51,905 nt of DNA from Candidatus Agathobaculum stercoravium (GTDB lineage: Bacteria > Bacillota > Clostridia > Oscillospirales > Butyricicoccaceae). The stretch covers positions 1 through 51,905 of the forward strand of contig DXIC01000072.1 of the NCBI GenBank assembly GCA_019113065.1, read 5' to 3'. Made by a program: the position numbers and the translations under genes. This document shows, piece by piece, positions 46,453 to 51,905 of this stretch. Positions within the stretch are counted from its first letter, which is position 1. The number at the start of each line of letters is the position of its first letter. A model generated the notes under the pieces. The model had not been told where the DNA came from, searched no databases, and worked only from the letters and a program-made list of their open reading frames with translations.

Positions 46453-46600
46453 TTTTATCCTTCTTTCTGCGCATCCGCGCACAATACACGCGTTTTTTAT
46501 ACGGCCTACACAGTATAGCACATTTACCGTGAAAAGTCGACCGCTGTCGTATGCAGGAAGGCGGCATCCTTTCCGGACGGCGCCGCCTTCCCGCCGGGGT

Positions 46601-47365
46601 TCAGGTCGGGATATCCCCGAGCCGGATCAGGCCGGCCTGGATATTGCTGTACAGGAAGGAAGTGCCTGTGCCGACGATCCGCAGGGTCGATGGGACGGCA
46701 GACACCGCCACCGGTACGGTAAACGCCAGGTTTTCAACCTCTCCTGCGGCGCGGAAGCCCTGCTGCGCCGCCGCGCCGGGCACCTGGACACCGTTCAGCT
46801 CGGCGACCACCAGCACGCTGAGCGGGAACCCCGCAGCACAGCCCGGCGCAAAACCGCCGTGGAACGAAAGCAGATACACGCCTGCCTGGTCAATCAGGAT
46901 ATCCGGGCTGTTGTTTGCATGGCTGACCGCGCCGCCATATACCAGCGCATTGCGGTCAAATACCAGCGCGGCCTGCCCATCCCCAATCTGCGGCGGGTTG
47001 GAATAAGCGGACAGCAGCTGGATCGGCGCACAGCCGCCAGAAGCGCCGCGCGGGATGGTAAAATCAAGCACCGCGTGGGTTTCCGTACCGCTGTTTATCA
47101 CTGCGGCATCCGTTCCCGGATTCCCGGTCGTCACGGTACCGATGCAGACGGTTGCCGCAGCGCCGTCCCTGCCCGGTTTTCCCTCGGCGCCGCGCGGCCC
47201 CATCGGCCCGCGCTCACCACGGAAACCACGGGGGCCCGCAGGGCCTGCAGGACCGGCAGGACCGCGCATGCAGCCGCCCTCCGTTTCCCTGCATGGGCTA
47301 TCCATCCAATCGCCGGGCGCGGGATCACAGCCGCCGCGTCCGCCGAACTGAGAGCGATTGTACAT
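46601..47365 (-). CDS. Collagen-like protein, BclA-like (possible spore-surface protein)
   Basis: 12 consecutive GXY triplets (GPAGPAGPAGPR...GAA), an IGTVTTG.PGT.A.V.NSG motif and a beta-rich C-terminal domain; no signal peptide seen. Confidence 0.8.
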   Translation of the reverse strand: MYNRSQFGGRGGCDPAPGDWMDSPCRETEGGCMRGPAGPAGPAGPRGFRGERGPMGPRGAEGKPGRDGAAATVCIGTVTTGNPGTDAAVINSGTETHAVLDFTIPRGASGGCAPIQLLSAYSNPPQIGDGQAALVFDRNALVYGGAVSHANNSPDILIDQAGVYLLSFHGGFAPGCAAGFPLSVLVVAELNGVQVPGAAAQQGFRAAGEVENLAFTVPVAVSAVPSTLRIVGTGTSFLYSNIQAGLIRLGDIPT

Positions 47366-47573
47366 ATCCCTCTTCCTTTCAATAGGTTTGCCGGGGTTCC
47401 ATCGCCCGGCATCCCATACTATGCACGCAACCCGCCGTCCGACATATCTTCAATGTTAAATGGCGGGAAAGTTTCAGTAGATTTTTCCATATTCTTTATC
47501 TTTCCCTGTTTTTTCACCCGGCAAAGGAGTATAATAAAATAATAAGATCCTATGTCAACCGGAGGTGTCTGAT

Positions 47574-48893
47574 ATGTATGAAGCTTATCGGGACGCGCTG
47601 CTGAATGTGGACAGCTACGGCGCCATTTTCATGTATGCCACCCATAAAGACCTGACCACCGCGCCGCGCCATATCGTCCGCATGACCGAGCCGGTCGACC
47701 CGCGTGTGCTGCTCGCTGCTGTGCGCACCGCGCTCGACCGCTACCCCCAGTTCGGGCTCGGCCTGGTGCGCGGGGAAAAGCAATACCGTTACCGCATCAT
47801 CAACAAGCCGCCCGTTGTGCTCGAGATGGACGACATTTCGCCCTATTACATCGGCTCGGAAGATACCAACGGTTACCTGTTCCTCTGCGGGTACAAGGGC
47901 AGCACCATCTATCTGGAATACCAGCATTGTATCTCGGACGGACGCGGCTTCGACCAGTTCATCCGCACCATCCTGTATTATTATCTGCGCGGCATGGGGC
48001 ATGATGTTGAGCCGGGCCGTATCCGCACCAACGAGACCCGGTTCACGCCCGAGGACTGCGAGGACGGCTACCTGCGCCTGCGCGGCATGCCGCAGTCGGA
48101 CGCGGACCACCATCCGGATGTCCCTTCCTTCCATATGCCGGAGTACGACAGCCGGAACGACGACAACGAACTGACAACCGAGCTGACGCTTTCCCTGCCG
48201 CAGCTGCTCGCCTATACCAAGGGCAACGGCGTAACGCCCATGACCTTTTTGATGACCGCGATCTCGATGGGCATGTACCGCACCTATTACGAGGGGACAA
48301 GCCGCACCGAACCGATCATCGCGGAGGTGCCGATGGATCTGCGCGCCTACGTCAAGACCACGACCACGCGCTTTTTCGTCTCCCTGCTCGACCTGCCCTT
48401 CTTTTACGAATATTTTTCCATGCCCTTCCTTGAGGCATGCCAGGCGTGCAAGGCATACTTCGACACACAGAAAAACCTGCCGCATGCCGTGTTCTGGGCG
48501 CTCAAAAATGCCAACCGTGTGGCAAAATCGCACAAGCTGGACATGCCAATCGGCGAAAAAGAGCAGATGATGCGCCAGCAGGCGCGCGACTACATCCGGC
48601 GCGACAGCTTTATCCTGACCAACATCGGCGAATTCAAGCTGCCGCCCAGCATGGAGCCGTTCGTCAAGGATTATTCCGCCATCCTGCCGTGCGCGTTCCA
48701 GCCGTTCGGCATCCTGGTCAGCTCCTACAAGGACACGCTCAAGGTATCCATTTCCCAGCGTGACTTCAATTACCATCTGGTCGAAAACATCCGTGCGGTA
48801 CTGCGTGAGATCGGGTTTGATACGACCGCGCTGCCCTACACCTTCCATGTCACCCGCTACGACGGGCTGCGGCTGGCCAAAGAGGACAGCTGA
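47574..48893 (+). CDS. HxxxDG CoA-dependent acyltransferase (condensation / alcohol acetyltransferase-like)
   Basis: HCISDGRG motif, PMDLR and LTNIG; GGAGG RBS; TATAAT upstream. Confidence 0.75.
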   Translation: MYEAYRDALLNVDSYGAIFMYATHKDLTTAPRHIVRMTEPVDPRVLLAAVRTALDRYPQFGLGLVRGEKQYRYRIINKPPVVLEMDDISPYYIGSEDTNGYLFLCGYKGSTIYLEYQHCISDGRGFDQFIRTILYYYLRGMGHDVEPGRIRTNETRFTPEDCEDGYLRLRGMPQSDADHHPDVPSFHMPEYDSRNDDNELTTELTLSLPQLLAYTKGNGVTPMTFLMTAISMGMYRTYYEGTSRTEPIIAEVPMDLRAYVKTTTTRFFVSLLDLPFFYEYFSMPFLEACQACKAYFDTQKNLPHAVFWALKNANRVAKSHKLDMPIGEKEQMMRQQARDYIRRDSFILTNIGEFKLPPSMEPFVKDYSAILPCAFQPFGILVSSYKDTLKVSISQRDFNYHLVENIRAVLREIGFDTTALPYTFHVTRYDGLRLAKEDS

Positions 48894-48918
48894 CACCGGT
48901 AATTTGGCGTCCATCCAT

Positions 48919-48959
48919 AAAAAGTGCGCGCTTTCCATACGGAAGGCGCGCACTTTTTT
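48919..48959. terminator. Bidirectional terminator
   Basis: AAAAAGTGCGCGC...GCGCGCACTTTTTT. Confidence 0.85.
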
Positions 48960-48977
48960 ATTTTTCTTTGGCTGCCG

Positions 48978-51131
48978 TCAGATCCGCCTGACCGGCACGC
49001 GGAAGGAAATCGTGCGCGGTGTCGCAATCTCGTCAAACTGGATTTTGTAAACCGCTGCATCCGGGTCGATCTCCCGGATCGTTCCCTTGCCGAAAATGGC
49101 ATGCGCAACCCTGTCGCCGACCGAAAAGGACGGTCCCTGCGCTGCCGCGCTCAACTGGCGCTCGGTAAAGCGGATGTGATCCTTCGCCTCTTTGACCAGG
49201 CTTTCCCGCAGTTCCGCAGTGTATTGCATCAGCGGGCGGTCGATGTCAAAGATAAAGCGTGAGGGCACGCGCGACGAGCCATCCACGTTGCGCCCCTCGT
49301 TGTCCGAGAGATACAGTGCTTTTTCTGCGCGGGTCATAGCGACAAAGGCAAGCCGCCGCTCCTCTTCCATTGCGGGCATGGTTTTGGTCTTTGTCGAGGG
49401 GAATACACCCTCGCACAGCGCGCACAGGAACACATGTGGGAACTCCAATCCCTTTGCCGTATGGACGGTCATCAGTTTCACCGCATTGCGCCGCTCCGCA
49501 GTGTCGCTGTTCGAAAACAGCGCAACATGGGACAGGTAATCCTCCAGCGTGCATTCCTCGCCGCAGGAAACTTCGTATTCATACACCGACTGCTTGAGCT
49601 CTGCCAGATTGTCCAGCCGCTCCTGGCTGCCTTCGGTGCGCAGCATTTCCTCATAGCCGCTCTGGTTCAGCAAGGCGCTGAGCACTTCGGACACAGGTTT
49701 TCCTGCGTAATCCGCTGAAAACGCCTCGATCAGCCGGATAAACTTCTTCACAGGCGCCGTATTGAACAGCGTGTCCTCCATGTTGTGCAGCAGCGCTTCA
49801 TAGAGCAGGCATCCGTTCCGTTCTGCGTAGTTTTTCAGGAAACGCATCCGCTTTTCGCCCAGATTGCGCTTAGGCACATTGGCAATCCGTTGGAAGGACA
49901 GATCGTCCTTATAAGCGACCATGCGCAGATAGGACAGCGCATCCTTGATCTCCCTGCGGTCGAAGAACTGCGCGCCGCTGTAAATCGTGTACGGCAGTTC
50001 GCGTTTCAGGAAAACTTCTTCGAGCGTGCGGGTCACATAATGTGCGCGGTACAAAATGGCGATGTCCCGGTACGGCACTCCCTGCTGCACCAGTTCATCG
50101 ATCCGGTCTGCAATCCAAACGGCTTCCTTTTCCGCGGATACGGCATGGTGGAAAATAACCGGCTCCCCCTCCGGCAGCGTGGGGATGAGGTCTTTTTTGA
50201 TGCGGTGGACGTTCTTATCAATGAGTGAGTTGACCGCCCGCAAAATCTGCGGAGCAGAGCGGTAGTTCCGCATCATCATGATGGTCTTGCAGTCCGGGAA
50301 CGCCTTGTCAAAGTCCAGCAGATATTTGACGTTTGCCCCGCGCCATGTGTAGATGGTCTGATCCGGGTCGCCAACAATGAACAGGTTTTTGTGATATGCA
50401 CACAGCACGCACATCAGCTTGTATTGCAGCTCGTCAATATCCTGGAACTCGTCGATCATGATGTATTCCAGCCGCTGCTGCCATTTGAGCCGGATCGCCT
50501 CATCCTGTTCAAAAATATAAAGGGTGAATTTAATCAGGTCGTTGTAATCCAGTCCGAAGCACTTTTTCTCCTGATACAGGTAGCCGTAAAAGATAATGTC
50601 ATCCGTATCGACGGCCTTTATATATTTTTCGTGCAGCTGCGCAAGCGGCATGGCGAGCATATCCCGGTAATATTCCGGCTCCTTGAATATCTTGCGGATC
50701 TCGATCATGTCGCGCGCCTTGCTGAAGGTCATATGCCGCAGGGTCAGACCGCGCTCCTCATAGATGGTTTGCAGCATGGCGTCAATATCCGCATTGTCCA
50801 GCACAAGGAACCGCTTGGGATACTGCACCGCATGGCTGTCCTCCTGCAAAACCGAGACGCAGAAGCTGTGGAAGGTGCAGATATAGCCGGTATCATTGTC
50901 CCCGGTCAGGCGGTGGATACGCTGACGCATCTCGGCCGCAGATTTGTTGGTGAACGTCACGCACAGGATGTTGCCGGGCAGGATACCCGCCTCATTTACC
51001 AAATAAGCAAACCGGTGCGCAAGCGCGCGGGTCTTGCCCGAGCCTGCGCCCGCAATCACGCGGACGAAGCCCTCGGTTGTTGTGACCGCCTGCCGCTGTT
51101 CCTCATTCAAATGTTCCAGAATATCCTGCAT
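48978..51131 (-). CDS. UvrD/PcrA-family SF1A DNA helicase
   Basis: AGAGSGKT, TFTNKSA, DEFQD, GDPDQTIYTWRGA, NYRS, MTVHTAKGLEF, EEERRLAFVAMTRA and a Tudor-like C-terminal VGDRVAHAIFGKG. Confidence 0.95.
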   Translation of the reverse strand: MQDILEHLNEEQRQAVTTTEGFVRVIAGAGSGKTRALAHRFAYLVNEAGILPGNILCVTFTNKSAAEMRQRIHRLTGDNDTGYICTFHSFCVSVLQEDSHAVQYPKRFLVLDNADIDAMLQTIYEERGLTLRHMTFSKARDMIEIRKIFKEPEYYRDMLAMPLAQLHEKYIKAVDTDDIIFYGYLYQEKKCFGLDYNDLIKFTLYIFEQDEAIRLKWQQRLEYIMIDEFQDIDELQYKLMCVLCAYHKNLFIVGDPDQTIYTWRGANVKYLLDFDKAFPDCKTIMMMRNYRSAPQILRAVNSLIDKNVHRIKKDLIPTLPEGEPVIFHHAVSAEKEAVWIADRIDELVQQGVPYRDIAILYRAHYVTRTLEEVFLKRELPYTIYSGAQFFDRREIKDALSYLRMVAYKDDLSFQRIANVPKRNLGEKRMRFLKNYAERNGCLLYEALLHNMEDTLFNTAPVKKFIRLIEAFSADYAGKPVSEVLSALLNQSGYEEMLRTEGSQERLDNLAELKQSVYEYEVSCGEECTLEDYLSHVALFSNSDTAERRNAVKLMTVHTAKGLEFPHVFLCALCEGVFPSTKTKTMPAMEEERRLAFVAMTRAEKALYLSDNEGRNVDGSSRVPSRFIFDIDRPLMQYTAELRESLVKEAKDHIRFTERQLSAAAQGPSFSVGDRVAHAIFGKGTIREIDPDAAVYKIQFDEIATPRTISFRVPVRRI

Positions 51132-51171
51132 TTTCTCTCCCGTCCCGCTTCCCGTTCAATCTCTTTTGGCT

Positions 51172-51200
51172 ATTATATCATATCCGCCCCAAATATGCAA
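51172..51200 (-). promoter_or_regulatory. Sigma-A promoter of the helicase gene
   Basis: TTGCAT-17 bp-TATAAT with an extended TG. Confidence 0.8.
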
Positions 51201-51211
51201 ACATTTGTTCG
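51198..51211 (-). promoter_or_regulatory. LexA/SOS box
   Basis: CGAAC-AAAT-GTTTG matches the Firmicute GAAC-N4-GTTY consensus and overlaps the -35. Confidence 0.75.
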
Positions 51212-51248
51212 TAATTTTGATAATTCACACGGGAGACACATGTACCCT

Positions 51249-51905
51249 TCACACCTGCCCCAAAAGGAACGCCAGCGCCTTCCGGAGCCGTGCCGCCCCG
51301 TCTGCATAGTGGCCGCCCGGATTGATTTCAAAGCGCGTCTGCACTCCTTTCTGCTCAAGGATATACGCGACCTGTCTGGTGCATGCTTCAACCCGCCGCA
51401 TGCGTGGGTTCCCGGCGTTTTTCTCCCGGTTCCCCACCGAGAAATATGCTTTGCACAGCGCCCGGGAAAGCGCATGGTTTTCCATATACCCGACAAACCT
51501 ATCGTACCAGAGGGAACCGGATACCGACCCCAGCTTGCCAAACAGGCCGGTTTGATATGCGGCGTAGACAGCAAACAGCCCGGAAAGGGAAATCCCGACA
51601 ATACTGCGGTTTTGCGGGGCGAACTGCCGGTTTTGCTCCACAAGCGGGAGCAGCTCATTGACCAGCACGGACAGATAGCCATCCGCCCCGCCGCGGAAAT
51701 CCTCCCCTTTGGCAGAAACCCTGTCCGCCGGCCACGGTGTGAGGTCCCCGCACCAGTCCTCGCCTGTAATGCAGACGCAGGCCGCTGCTGCATGCTCCAA
51801 TATATCCGCAGACTGTGCTGCCAGCTCCGCCGGCCCATGGAAATAGACGGCCTGCTTTGCCGGCGTGCGCGGCAGCAGGCAGGTCAGTATATATTGCCCT
51901 CTTGT
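51249..51905 (-). CDS. Alpha/beta-hydrolase esterase (5'-truncated by window edge)
   Basis: Frame is open to the window edge; DLTPW, GISLSG nucleophile motif, SGSLWY, SVG..E and NPGGH. Confidence 0.85.
   Translation of the reverse strand, partial: TRGQYILTCLLPRTPAKQAVYFHGPAELAAQSADILEHAAAACVCITGEDWCGDLTPWPADRVSAKGEDFRGGADGYLSVLVNELLPLVEQNRQFAPQNRSIVGISLSGLFAVYAAYQTGLFGKLGSVSGSLWYDRFVGYMENHALSRALCKAYFSVGNREKNAGNPRMRRVEACTRQVAYILEQKGVQTRFEINPGGHYADGAARLRKALAFLLGQV

Noticed and set aside
46556-46591. GGAAGGCGGC/GCCGCCTTCC stem after the collagen-like gene
   Set aside because: It lacks a U-tract on the minus strand, so it was not called a terminator; a single stem is not enough for an ncRNA call.

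Overview
A GC-rich, gene-dense chromosomal window from a spore-forming Clostridia-type bacterium. Gene content and order suggest an Oscillospirales/Butyricicoccus-like organism (inference). About 49 CDSs are mostly housekeeping: dapA-dapB, a split metH with metF, thiD, pyrB, radA, ptsI, alr, pfkA, dnaE, whiA, rapZ, murB, gpsA-plsY-der, rpmF and a UvrD/PcrA helicase. Envelope and sporulation genes include a CwlD-like and a second amidase, an SLH protein, a polysaccharide deacetylase and a collagen-like protein. I saw no rRNA, tRNA, CRISPR array, IS transposase or prophage. Four loci stand out. (1) A tyrosine recombinase is divergent from a macrodomain-WYL regulator operon, followed by a 38-aa ORF missing from the ORF track that ends in an ssrA-like LAAA tail; a 10-bp motif is shared between the operon promoter and the small-ORF promoter. 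(2) A cargo-less large serine recombinase is bracketed by a 10-bp direct repeat. (3) An EndoA/MazF toxin gene has no antitoxin gene at the usual position after alr, where there is a 14-bp hairpin instead. (4) A ~250-nt run of seven consecutive hairpins with an internal 18-bp direct repeat lies between rpmF and the DUF512 gene. All calls come from reading motifs by eye; no searches were run, and start codons were adjusted from the ORF track using RBS position.
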